Positions 9,472 through 19,300 of a stretch of 64,000 nucleotides of DNA are shown here, in pieces; the first letter of the stretch is position 1; each line of letters begins with the position of its first letter. Under the pieces are notes generated by a model. That model had not been told where the DNA came from. It ran no database searches and worked only from the letters and a program-made list of their open reading frames with translations. The translations under genes were made by a program, and so were the position numbers. This DNA is from a bacterium (GTDB taxonomy: Bacteria; Joyebacterota; Joyebacteria; Joyebacterales; Joyebacteraceae), in the NCBI GenBank assembly GCA_025774245.1, contig JALGWI010000001.1, forward strand, positions 20,599 to 84,598, given 5' to 3'.

Positions 9472-10344
9472 TTGAGCATCTTCGTCGACGAGAACACGCG
9501 CGTTTGCGTACAGGGGATGACCGGCCGCGACGGCGCGTTTCACACGAGGAGCATGGTCGAGTACGGGACGAAGGTCGTCGCGGGCGTGACGCCGGGCAAG
9601 GGCGGGCAGGAGATGGACGGGATCCCGGTCTTCAACACCCCGAAGGAGGCCGTCGACGCCACGGGGGCGAACGCCTCGATCCTCTTCGTTCCCGCGAAGT
9701 TCGCCGCCGGGGCCGTCATCGAGGCGGCCGAGGCGGGCGTCAAGGTCGTCGTCTGCGTGAGCGAGGGAATCCCGACGCTCGAGGTGTCGAAGATCTACCA
9801 GAGGCTCGGGGAACTCGGCACGCGGATGATCGGACCGAACTGCCCCGGGATCATCAGTCCCGGCAAGTGCAAGCTCGGGATCATGCCCGGCCGGATCCAC
9901 GAGCAGGGCGGGATCGGCGTCGTGTCGCGGAGCGGAACGCTGACCTACGAGGTCGTCGACCAGCTCGGGCGTCACGGGTTCGGGCAGTCGACCGTCATCG
10001 GCATCGGCGGCGATCCGATCATCGGCACGAGCTTCATCGACGCGCTCGACGCGTACGAGAAGGACCCCGAGACCGAGGCGGTCATTCTGATCGGAGAGAT
10101 CGGAGGGACCGACGAGGAGCAGGCGGCCGACTTCATCAAGGCGAACATGTCGAAGCCGGTTGTGAGCTTCATCGCGGGCCGCACGGCTCCTCCGGGCAAG
10201 CGCATGGGCCACGCCGGCGCCATCATCGCCGGCGGGAAGGGCACGGCGCAGGAGAAGATGGACGCGATGGCGGCGGCCGGCGTACCCGTGGCCGATCGTC
10301 CGAGCGAGCTTCCTGGTCTCATCAGAGCCGCGCTCGGGAGGTGA
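9472..10344 (+). CDS. sucD: Succinyl-CoA synthetase alpha subunit
   Basis: TTG start with AGGAGG upstream. Motifs GxTGxxG (VQGMTGRDG) and the catalytic-His region ([14 protein letters not shown]) are present. Confidence 0.85.
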   Translation: MSIFVDENTRVCVQGMTGRDGAFHTRSMVEYGTKVVAGVTPGKGGQEMDGIPVFNTPKEAVDATGANASILFVPAKFAAGAVIEAAEAGVKVVVCVSEGIPTLEVSKIYQRLGELGTRMIGPNCPGIISPGKCKLGIMPGRIHEQGGIGVVSRSGTLTYEVVDQLGRHGFGQSTVIGIGGDPIIGTSFIDALDAYEKDPETEAVILIGEIGGTDEEQAADFIKANMSKPVVSFIAGRTAPPGKRMGHAGAIIAGGKGTAQEKMDAMAAAGVPVADRPSELPGLIRAALGR

Positions 10345-10346
10345 GG

Positions 10347-10718
10347 ATGACGAAGCAGGGAACCGACGGGGCTACCGACAGGAAGTGGCGCTATCCCGAC
10401 AGGAGCGAGCACCCCGACGTCGAGATCTTCGTGTACGACAAGTGGTGCAAGGCCTGCGGCATCTGCTACGCGCTCTGCCCGGTCGGCGTCTTCGAGGCCG
10501 ACAAGGCCGGCTGCCCCGTGGTCGCGCATCCCGAGAAGTGTATCGCCTGCAACCTCTGTGAGATGCTCTGTCCGGACATGGCGATCACGGTCTACAAGGA
10601 GCGGAAGAAGGCCGCCGCGAAGGCGGAAGGCGCAGGCAAAGGATCGGCGGCGAAGGCCGCCGCCGACGCGGGCGCAGAAGGCAGCGACTCGAAGAAGGGC
10701 GGTGAGACGAGACCCTAG
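10347..10718 (+). CDS. 2-oxoacid:ferredoxin oxidoreductase delta subunit (2x[4Fe-4S] ferredoxin) with an Ala/Lys-rich C-terminal tail
   Basis: In the frame of track ORF 9504..10718. ATG at 10347 overlaps the sucD stop. Two CxxCxxCxxxCP motifs ([24 protein letters not shown]). Tail [26 protein letters not shown]. Confidence 0.7.
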   Translation: MTKQGTDGATDRKWRYPDRSEHPDVEIFVYDKWCKACGICYALCPVGVFEADKAGCPVVAHPEKCIACNLCEMLCPDMAITVYKERKKAAAKAEGAGKGSAAKAAADAGAEGSDSKKGGETRP

Positions 10719-10733
10719 GACGGGGTCGACGCC

Positions 10734-11885
10734 ATGGCCGGGAACAACAAGACCAGCAAGCAGGTCATTCAGGGGAACGAGGCCTGCGCTATCGGGGCTC
10801 TCGCGGCAGGAGTGACGTTCTTCGGCGGCTACCCGATCACGCCGTCCTCGGAGATCGCGGAGATCCTGTCGCAGACGCTCCCGCTCGTCGGGGGGCGTTT
10901 CATCCAGATGGAGGATGAGATCGCCTCGATCGCCTCGATCATCGGCGCCTCGCTCGCGGGAGCGAAGTCGATGACCGCCACGAGCGGTCCGGGCTTCTCA
11001 CTCATGCAGGAGAACCTGGGCTTCGCCGCGATCGCCGAGATCCCCTGCGTGATCGTGAACGTGCAGCGGGCCGGACCGTCCACGGGGCTTCCGACGCAGC
11101 CTGCCCAGGGTGACGTGCAGCAGACCCGCTGGGGGACGCACGGCGATCATTCGATCATCGCTCTCGCGCCGTCCACCGTCCTCGAGTGTTTCACGATGAC
11201 GATCGACTGCGTCAATCTGGCGGAGGCGTACAGGACGCCGACGGTCCTCCTCATGGACGAGGTCATCGGCCACATGCGCGAGACCGTCGTCCTGCCTCCA
11301 CGGAGCTCCTACAAGGTTGTCGAGCGCCGCACGCCCGATCCGGACACCACGGACTACTGCCCGTTCGAGTGCGACGGGACCGAGGTCGCTCCTCTGGGCG
11401 CCTTCGGCGGCGCCCACAGGTTCCACGTGACGGGCCTCACGCACGACCGGCACGGCTTCCCGACGATGGTCGGGGAGGAGGTCGACCGCAAGATCCGCTG
11501 GATCGTCGACAAGATCGAGGACAGGGCGGACGAGCTCGCCGACCTCGAGGAGTTCGAGACGGACGACGCCGACGTGCTCCTCTTCGCGTACGGATCAACG
11601 GCGAGGGTCGCGAAGTCCTCCGTTCGCGCGCTCAGGGAGCGGGGGGTCCGAGCCGGGATGATCCGCGCGAAGACGATCTGGCCATTCTCGCGGAAGCGCC
11701 TCAAGGAGCTCTCGGGAAGGCTCAAGCTCATCGTCGTGCCCGAGATGAACCTCGGGCAGCTCATCATCGAGGTCGAGCGGGCGATCGCAGGCACCGTTCC
11801 GGTGCGGCACCTGGGTCGCATCGACGGGCACCTGTTCGAGCCCGACGAGATCACCGAATTCGTCCTGCGGGAGGTGGGGAAATGA
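10734..11885 (+). CDS. 2-oxoacid:ferredoxin oxidoreductase alpha subunit (2-oxoglutarate specificity suggested only by the adjacent sucCD)
   Basis: Track ORF. N-terminal [33 protein letters not shown] is typical of KorA/PorA alpha subunits. Confidence 0.8.
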   Translation: MAGNNKTSKQVIQGNEACAIGALAAGVTFFGGYPITPSSEIAEILSQTLPLVGGRFIQMEDEIASIASIIGASLAGAKSMTATSGPGFSLMQENLGFAAIAEIPCVIVNVQRAGPSTGLPTQPAQGDVQQTRWGTHGDHSIIALAPSTVLECFTMTIDCVNLAEAYRTPTVLLMDEVIGHMRETVVLPPRSSYKVVERRTPDPDTTDYCPFECDGTEVAPLGAFGGAHRFHVTGLTHDRHGFPTMVGEEVDRKIRWIVDKIEDRADELADLEEFETDDADVLLFAYGSTARVAKSSVRALRERGVRAGMIRAKTIWPFSRKRLKELSGRLKLIVVPEMNLGQLIIEVERAIAGTVPVRHLGRIDGHLFEPDEITEFVLREVGK

Positions 11886-12784
11886 GCCAGGCCATCGAGA
11901 CGGCGCGGACCTACCTCCGACCGAGCAAGAAGCTCCCGACGGTCTGGTGCGGCGGCTGCGGCCTCGGCATCGTGATGAGCGCGATGATACGCGCCATCGC
12001 CCGCGTCGGGTGCGAGAAGAACGACGTGGCGGTGGTGTCGGGGATCGGCTGCACCGGCCGCCTTCCCACGTACGTCGATTTCAACACGCTCCACACCACG
12101 CACGGCCGCGCGCTCGCGTTCGCAACCGGCGTGAAGCTCGCCACCCCCTCGCTCACCGTCATCGCCGCGATGGGAGACGGCGACGCGCTCGCGATCGGCG
12201 GCAACCACTTCATCCACTCCTGCCGCCGGAACATCGACATGACGGCGATCGTCGCCAACAACTCGATCTACGGCATGACGGGGGGGCAGTACTCCCCGAC
12301 GACGCCACACGGGAAGAAGGGGACGACCGCCCCGTACGGCAACGTCGAGCACGCCTTCGACGTGGCGGCTCTGGCCGTCGGTGCGGGCGCGACCTTCGTG
12401 GCCCGGTCGTCGGTCTACCACGCCAGGGAGCTCGACAAGCTCATCGAGAGGGCGATTCGTCACAAGGGCTTCTCGGTCGTGGAGGCCGTGTCGAACTGCT
12501 ACACCAGCTACGGGAGGCTCAACAAGTACTCGTCTCCCGTCGACATGTTGAGATGGATGAAGGAGAGCTCGGTCACGGTCGGGGCGGCGGAGGAGATGGC
12601 GCCGGAAGAGCTCGAGGGGAAGTTCACGCGCGGCGTGATCACCGAGCGGGAGCTCCCGGAGTTCATCGAGTCCTACGACGGTCTGGCGAAGCGCCTGGCC
12701 TCTGATCCGGCAGCGATCGAACGGGTCAAGGGCATCATCCGGACGTTCGACGAGACGGCCGAGAGACTGAACGCAAAGGGGTAG
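11882..12784 (+). CDS. 2-oxoacid:ferredoxin oxidoreductase beta subunit (TPP-binding)
   Basis: In the frame of track ORF 11186..12784. ATG overlaps the alpha-subunit stop (ATGA). Motifs WCGGCGLG...GIGCTGR and the TPP motif GDGDALAIGGNHF. Confidence 0.8.
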   Translation: MSQAIETARTYLRPSKKLPTVWCGGCGLGIVMSAMIRAIARVGCEKNDVAVVSGIGCTGRLPTYVDFNTLHTTHGRALAFATGVKLATPSLTVIAAMGDGDALAIGGNHFIHSCRRNIDMTAIVANNSIYGMTGGQYSPTTPHGKKGTTAPYGNVEHAFDVAALAVGAGATFVARSSVYHARELDKLIERAIRHKGFSVVEAVSNCYTSYGRLNKYSSPVDMLRWMKESSVTVGAAEEMAPEELEGKFTRGVITERELPEFIESYDGLAKRLASDPAAIERVKGIIRTFDETAERLNAKG

Positions 12785-12881
12785 CGCGCCTGGTCATCGG
12801 CGGGACGGGCGGGACCGGCGGCTGTCCGGACACCGACCCCGGCCCGACGGCGCCGGGGCGCGCACGAGGTATCCAAAGCTC

Positions 12882-13439
12882 ATGAGCGAAACAAAGGGCA
12901 GGTACGAGATCCGCCTCTCGGGCGCCGGCGGCCAGGGACTGATGCTGGCCGGCAAGCTCCTCGCCGAGGCGGCGTCGGTCTACGACGGGAAGAACGCGGT
13001 GCAGACGCAGAGCTACGGTCCGGAGGCGCGAGGCGGGAAGAGCAAGACCGACGTCGTCATCTCCGACGGGGAGATCGATTACCCGAAGGCGACGAAGGTC
13101 AACGTGCTCCTCGCCATGAGCCAGCCGGCCCTCGACGAGTACATCGGCTCGCTCCAGCCGGGAGGCATGCTCGTGGTCGACTCCTACCTGGTGGAGGAGC
13201 CAGGACGGGACGACGCCATCGCCATCCCGTTCACGATGCTCGCCCTCGAGGAGTGCGGTCGGAAGCTCTTCGCGAACGTCGTGGCGCTCGGGGCCGTCGC
13301 CGAGTTGACGCAGGCCGTCACCTGGGACAGCCTCCGTTCCGCAGTCCTCGCGAGGGTGCCGAAGGGCACCGAGAAGATCAACGACAGCGCTCTCGACGTG
13401 GGGCGCCAGGCCGCGCGGCAGTTCCTCGAAGGGAAGTGA
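12882..13439 (+). CDS. 2-oxoacid:ferredoxin oxidoreductase gamma subunit
   Basis: Track ORF. YEIRLSGAGGQGLMLAGKLLAEAA is typical of OFOR gamma subunits. Confidence 0.75.
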   Translation: MSETKGRYEIRLSGAGGQGLMLAGKLLAEAASVYDGKNAVQTQSYGPEARGGKSKTDVVISDGEIDYPKATKVNVLLAMSQPALDEYIGSLQPGGMLVVDSYLVEEPGRDDAIAIPFTMLALEECGRKLFANVVALGAVAELTQAVTWDSLRSAVLARVPKGTEKINDSALDVGRQAARQFLEGK

Positions 13440-13440
13440 C

Positions 13441-13863
13441 ATGGAAACGACCTTCCTCATGATCAAGCCACGGGCCGTCGCCGACGGCCTGGTCGGCGAG
13501 ATCATCGCGGCGCTCGAGGACGGGGGCTTCGCCATCGCCGGCGTCGCATCGCGCCGACTCACCGTCGAGGAGGCGTCCGGCCTCTACGAGGCTCACGTGG
13601 GGAAGCCGTTCTTCGGGGCCCTCGTGGAGTTCATGACGTCGGGCGTCTCGATCGGCATCCTCCTGAACGCCCCGGACGCCATCGCGGCGCTCAGGAGGCT
13701 CGTGGGGGCGACCAAGCCGTCCGAGGCAGAGCCGGGCACGATCCGGGCGCGCTTCGGGAAGGACCTGCAACAGAACGCGGTTCACGCGTGCGACTCCGCC
13801 GAGAGGGTGGAGCGCGAATCGGGATTCTACTTCGGCGACTGCCCGAGGGCCGTCGTCGGTTGA
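13441..13863 (+). CDS. ndk: Nucleoside diphosphate kinase
   Basis: TFLMIKPRAV..., NAVHACDS active-site region. 140 aa. Confidence 0.85.
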   Translation: METTFLMIKPRAVADGLVGEIIAALEDGGFAIAGVASRRLTVEEASGLYEAHVGKPFFGALVEFMTSGVSIGILLNAPDAIAALRRLVGATKPSEAEPGTIRARFGKDLQQNAVHACDSAERVERESGFYFGDCPRAVVG

Positions 13864-13905
13864 CTGCCCGTCGAGCCGGGCGAACGAGCGGGTTCTGGAG
13901 TGGAG

Positions 13906-14397
13906 ATGGAGAAGACGGCTCTTCGTGGTGAAGACGCGGCGGACCGGCTCGCTGTCGTCGACGAGGTCGCGTCGAAGTACGCCGGCACGAAGGGCGCCCT
14001 GATTCCGATTCTGCAGAACGTCCAGTCGCGGATCGGATACCTCCCGACCGAGGTGATGGAACGGATCGGCGAGAAGGCCGGCGTCCCCGCCGCGCAGGTG
14101 TTCGGCGTCGCGAGCTTCTACTCGCAGTTCAGGCTCGAGCCCGTGGGCAGGTACGTCGTCAAGGTGTGCCACGGTACCGCCTGTCACGTTCAGGGAGCGG
14201 GAGCGATCACCGAGGCCGTCTGTTCGGAGCTCGGCGTCGAGGACGGCGAGACGACGGCCGACGGGAAGTTCACCGTCGAGTCGGTCGCCTGCATCGGCTG
14301 CTGCAGCCTGGCGCCGGTGATCATGATAGAAGAGAACTCGTTCGGGCGTCTGACGCCCGACGAGGCGCGCAGGATCGTGAGGGAGTACGGAGACTAG
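13906..14397 (+). CDS. NuoE/HoxE-family thioredoxin-like [2Fe-2S] subunit of an NAD(H)-linked oxidoreductase
   Basis: Track ORF 13900..14397. ATG at 13906 has better GGAG spacing. Motifs CHGTACHV ... CIGCCSLAPV (the four 2Fe-2S Cys ligands). Confidence 0.7.
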   Translation: MEKTALRGEDAADRLAVVDEVASKYAGTKGALIPILQNVQSRIGYLPTEVMERIGEKAGVPAAQVFGVASFYSQFRLEPVGRYVVKVCHGTACHVQGAGAITEAVCSELGVEDGETTADGKFTVESVACIGCCSLAPVIMIEENSFGRLTPDEARRIVREYGD

Positions 14398-14470
14398 CGC
14401 GGGGAGGAGCGCCGCGCGCCGTGCCGGCCCGGAGCCGGCGGGCGCGTGGCGCTTGCGCGAGGAGACCACG

Positions 14471-16258
14471 GTGGCGGATCGGGGCACTCAGATGACGGTC
14501 ACGGTCGGGCTCTCGAGCTGCGGCATCGCGGCGGGCGCCGCCGATGTGATGGCCGCCTTCGAGAGAGAGATCGAGAAGCGCGGCTTGGACGTCCGCCTGA
14601 GAAGAACCGGTTGCATCGGGATGTGCTACTCCGAGCCGATCGTCGATGTCGACGCGCCGGGAGCGGGGCGGCACACCTACGGCGGCATCACCGCGGACCA
14701 GGTCGAGCGCATCGTCGACGAGCACATCGCCGGCGGCGCGCCGGTCGACGAGTGGCTCGTGCGGGCGGAGGGAAGGGATCTCCCCGACGAGGCGTACTAC
14801 TCGCGGCAGGTGAGGCTCGTCCTCAGGAACGCCGGGATGATCGATCCCGAGTCGATCGACGAGTACATCGAAGCCGGAGGCTACGCGGCTCTCGAGAAGG
14901 CCGTCACGTCGATGAAGCCCGAGGAGGTCGTCAAGGAGATCACCGATTCGGGCCTCAGGGGACGCGGCGGGGCCGGGTTCCCGACCGGCGTGAAGTGGGA
15001 TCTCGCGAGGAAGCAGCCGGGCGGGAAGAAGTACGTCATCGTCAACGCCGACGAGGGCGATCCCGGCGCGTTCATGGACCGGAGCATCCTGGAGGGCGAT
15101 CCGCACTCCGTCCTCGAGGGTCTGGCGATAGCCGCCTACGCGATCGGGGCGGACGAGGGCTACTTCTACGTGCGGGCGGAGTACCCGCTCGCCGTGAAGC
15201 GCCTCGGCATCGCGATCACGGACGCGCGGGAGCGCGGGTACATCGGCGAGAACGTGTTCGGGAGCGGCTTCTCGCTCGACGTCTACATCAAGGAAGGCGC
15301 GGGCGCGTTCGTCTGCGGTGAGGAGACGGCGCTCATGGCGTCGATCGAGGGGCGACGGGGGATGCCCAGGATCCGTCCGCCCTACCCGGCCGCCGAGGGC
15401 CTCTGGAAGAAGCCGTCGAACATCAACAACGTCGAGACCTACGCGAACGTCGCCTGGATCATCTCGAACGGGGCCGAGGCCTACGCGAGCCACGGCACCG
15501 AGACCAGCAAGGGCACGAAGGTCTTCGCCCTGGCCGGCAAGATCGAGCGCGGCGGGCTCGTGGAGGTCCCGATGGGGATGACGCTCCGCGAGGTCATCGA
15601 CGAGGTCGGCGGAGGCGTACCCGGGGGCCACGACTTCAAGGCCGTGCAGCTCGGCGGCCCGTCCGGCGGCTGCATCCCGCGCGAGTTCATCGACATCGCG
15701 GTCGACTACGAGTCCGTGACGAAGACCGGCGCGATCATGGGATCGGGCGGGATGGTCGTCATGGACGACACGACCTGCATGGTCGACATCGCGCGTTTCT
15801 TCCTCAACTTCACCCAGGACGAGAGCTGCGGGAAGTGCACGTTCTGTCGCGTCGGCACGAAACGGATGCTCGAGGTGCTCGAGAGGATCTGCGGGGGGGA
15901 GGGGCGCGAGGGCGACATCGAGCTCCTCGAGGAGCTCGGAGAGCAGATCATCGCGTCGTCGCTCTGCGGACTGGGCCAGAGCGCCCCGAATCCCGTGGTG
16001 ACGACCCTCAAGTACTTCAGGGACGAGTACGAGGCGCACGTCAAGGAGAAGCGCTGCCCGGCGCACGCATGCAAGGCTCTCATCACCTACGGCATCGACG
16101 CGGAGAAGTGCACGGGTTGCACGCTCTGCACCAAGGTGTGTCCCACGGGCGCGATCGCAGGCGAGAAACGGGAGCTGCACACGATCGACCAGGACCTGTG
16201 CACGAAGTGCGACGCGTGCAGGCGGGCCTGCAAGTTCGACGCTGTCACCGTGGATTAG
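14471..16258 (+). CDS. NuoF/HoxF/HydB-family flavoprotein: NAD(H)- and FMN-binding, with an N-terminal thioredoxin-like domain and C-terminal 2x[4Fe-4S]
   Basis: Within track ORF 14453..16258. Candidate starts are GTG 14471 (GAGGAG 7 nt upstream) or ATG 14492. Motifs GRGGAGFPTGVKW (FMN/NADH), ESCGKCTFCRVG (N3 4Fe-4S), and C-terminal CTGCTLCTKVCP / CTKCDACRRAC. Confidence 0.75.
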   Translation: MADRGTQMTVTVGLSSCGIAAGAADVMAAFEREIEKRGLDVRLRRTGCIGMCYSEPIVDVDAPGAGRHTYGGITADQVERIVDEHIAGGAPVDEWLVRAEGRDLPDEAYYSRQVRLVLRNAGMIDPESIDEYIEAGGYAALEKAVTSMKPEEVVKEITDSGLRGRGGAGFPTGVKWDLARKQPGGKKYVIVNADEGDPGAFMDRSILEGDPHSVLEGLAIAAYAIGADEGYFYVRAEYPLAVKRLGIAITDARERGYIGENVFGSGFSLDVYIKEGAGAFVCGEETALMASIEGRRGMPRIRPPYPAAEGLWKKPSNINNVETYANVAWIISNGAEAYASHGTETSKGTKVFALAGKIERGGLVEVPMGMTLREVIDEVGGGVPGGHDFKAVQLGGPSGGCIPREFIDIAVDYESVTKTGAIMGSGGMVVMDDTTCMVDIARFFLNFTQDESCGKCTFCRVGTKRMLEVLERICGGEGREGDIELLEELGEQIIASSLCGLGQSAPNPVVTTLKYFRDEYEAHVKEKRCPAHACKALITYGIDAEKCTGCTLCTKVCPTGAIAGEKRELHTIDQDLCTKCDACRRACKFDAVTVD

Positions 16259-16335
16259 GATGTCCTCCAGTCGGCCCGGCGGGCGGATCGGCGTGATACC
16301 TGGGGGCGGGCACGAATCTGGGAAGAGGTTCTCAG

Positions 16336-19300
16336 TTGGCGCTCATCAAGATCTCCCTGAACGGTCGAGAGGTTGAGGTCGATGCGGCCTCGACGATCCT
16401 CGAGGCTGCGCGGCAGCACGGGATCGAGATCCCGACGCTCTGCGACGATCCGCAGCTCCCACCCTTCACGTCGTGCTGGATCTGCGCGGTCAAGCTCGAA
16501 GGAATGAAGAGGTACATCCCGTCGTGCGGCACGCGGGTGGCGCCCGGCATGAAGATCTGGACCGACACGGACGACGTCCGGGCCGTCAGGAAGATGGCTC
16601 TCGAGCTCCTTCTCTCGAACCACCGGGGCGACTGCGTGGCGCCGTGCAAGGCCGCGTGCCCGGCCGGCGTCGACGTCCAGGGATACATCGCGCTCATCTC
16701 CCAGGGGAAGTACCGGGAGGCGGCGAAGCTCGTCAAAGAGGTCAATCCGTTCCCGCTCTCGATCGGTCGCGTCTGCACGCGGCCCTGTGAGTCGGAGTGT
16801 CGCAGGAACGCCGTCGACGGTCCGGTCGGGATCGACTATCTCAAGCGCTTCGCGGCCGACTGGGACGCCGGCCACGACGACGCCTACGTCCCGACGACCG
16901 CCGCCTCGACCGGCCGCCGCGTGGCGATGGTCGGGGCCGGTCCGGGGAGCCTGACCGCCGCCTACTACCTCGCCCAGAAGGGGCACGAGGTGACGATCAT
17001 GGAGGCGCTCCCTGCGGCCGGCGGCATGCTCCGCTACGGCATCCCGGAGTACCGCCTTCCGAAGAAGACGCTCGACACGGAGATCGGTCTCATCACCACG
17101 CTCGGCGTGCGCGTCGAGTACAACAAGGCCCTCGGCCGCGACTTCAAGCTCGCCGACCTCTTCGCCGACGGGTACGACGCCGTCTTCCTCGGACTCGGGG
17201 CGATGGGGAGCCGGAAGATGAAGGTCCCCGGCGAGGAGCTCGAGGGCGTCTGGGCCGGGACGGAGTTCCTGAAGAAGATGGGACTCGGCGAGGACGTGGC
17301 GATCGGCAAGCACGTCGCCGTCATCGGCGGCGGCAACACGGCGGTCGACGCCGCGAGGACGAGCCTCCGGCTCGGCGCCGAGAAGGTGACGATCGTCTAC
17401 CGGAGGTCGCGCACCGAGATGCCCGCCTGGGACGTCGAGGTCGAGGCCGCGCTCGAGGAGGGCGTCGAGATGCACTTCCTCGCCGCCCCGACCAGGATCG
17501 AAGGCGAGGGCGCCTGCGAGAGGATGGAGTTCATCCGGATGGAACTCGGGGAACCCGACGAGAGCGGCCGCAGGCGGCCGGTTCCCGTCGAGGGCTCCGA
17601 GGCCATGCTCGAGGTCGACAACGTGATCGCGGCCATCGGGCAGGTACCCGACCTCTCCGCGATCCACGAGACCGTCGAGAGCGACCCGGAATCGCTCGAG
17701 GCCAAGCTCGAGCTCACGCGCTGGGGAACGATCGTGGCCGACGAGACGACCGGGGCCACCTCGGTCGAGCGCGTCTACTCCGGCGGCGACGTCGCCCGAG
17801 GAGCGGCGACCGCCATCGAGGCGATCGCCGACGGAGGCAAGGCCGCGGCGGCCATCCACAGTTACCTCACGGGCGAGACCGAGTACGTCCCGCCGTCCTA
17901 CTTCAACATCACGAAGGAACGATGGGACTCGTTCCCGGAGAGCCAGCTCGTCGGGATCGAGAGGAGCGAGCGCGAGCGGATGCCTGAGCTCGGGGTCGAG
18001 GAGAGGATCCGCATCTTCGAAGAGGTCGAGCTCGGGTACACCGAGGAGCAGGCCCGCAGGGAGGCGGCGCGCTGCCTCGAGTGCGGCTGCGTGGGAGCGT
18101 TCACGTGCCAGCTCCGCGAGTACGCCGCCGAGTACGGCGCCTCGTCCGACCGTTTCGGCGGCGAGGTCGTCGAGGATCCCGCCGACGAGCGCCATCCGTT
18201 CATCCGCCTCGAGCCCGAGAAGTGCATCCTGTGCGGGCGCTGCATCCGGATCTGCCAGGAGGTGGAGGGCGCGGCCGCGCTCGGTTTCTTCCGGAGGGGC
18301 TTCCAGACGCAGATGAAGCCGGCTCTCGAACAGGCGCTCGCGGGGACGACCTGCGAGTCGTGCGGGCAGTGCGTCACGAGCTGTCCGACCGCCGCCATCT
18401 CGGCCGTCGCCGACCTTCCGAAGCCCGGTCCGTGGGCCCTCGAGGCGACGCGGTCGACGTGCAGCTTCTGCGGGACGGGGTGCGCGATCGTGCTCCGTAC
18501 CGTGGAGGGCAGCCTGGCGACGATCGAGCCCGCCCCCGACGCGGGCATCAACGAGGGCAACCTCTGCGTCCGCGGACGGTTCGGGCATCTCGCGGCCGGG
18601 GAGAGGCTCGCTTCCCCGCTCGTGAAAAGGAACGGAAAGCCGGCCGCGGCCTCCTGGGACGACGCGGTCGGGCTCGTGTCGAAGCGCCTCATGGCGGTCG
18701 CCCGCGAGCACGGCCCCGGGGCCGTGGCGGTCTTCGGCTCGCCGGGGCTCACGAACGAGGAGGCCTACCGTCTCCAGCAGCTGGCCCGCGCCGGGCTCGG
18801 GACGCCGAACGTCGCGTCGTTCGGCCTCGCCCGCGAGTCGGCGGTCTTCGAGGCGCTCTCTCGCGCGTTCGGGCGCGCTGCTTCGACGGCGTCGTACGCC
18901 GACCTGAGATCGGCCGAGACGATCCTCCTCATCGACTCGGACATCGCCGAGGAGGAGACCGTCTCCGGGATCGCCATACGGAAGGCGGTCGCCGCCGGCG
19001 CGCGCCTCGTCGTGATCTCGCCCGACGAGACGAGGATGGCGAGGCTCGCCGACGTCTGGATCCGTGTCGGGCGCGCCGACGTCGGAAGCGTGCTGGCGGC
19101 GATGATCGAGCACGCCACCTCGAAGGGACTCGCCGGACCGGCGAGGGTGACGCAGGGCGTCGACAACCTGGAGGAGTTCAAGGCCGCGGTCGCGGCCATC
19201 TCCGAGGGCGGGAGGGTCGCCGAGGGCGAGCCCGTCGTGAAGGGCGGCGACACCACAGATGCGATCGTTGCGGCGGCCGAGGCCTACGCGTCGGCCTCGC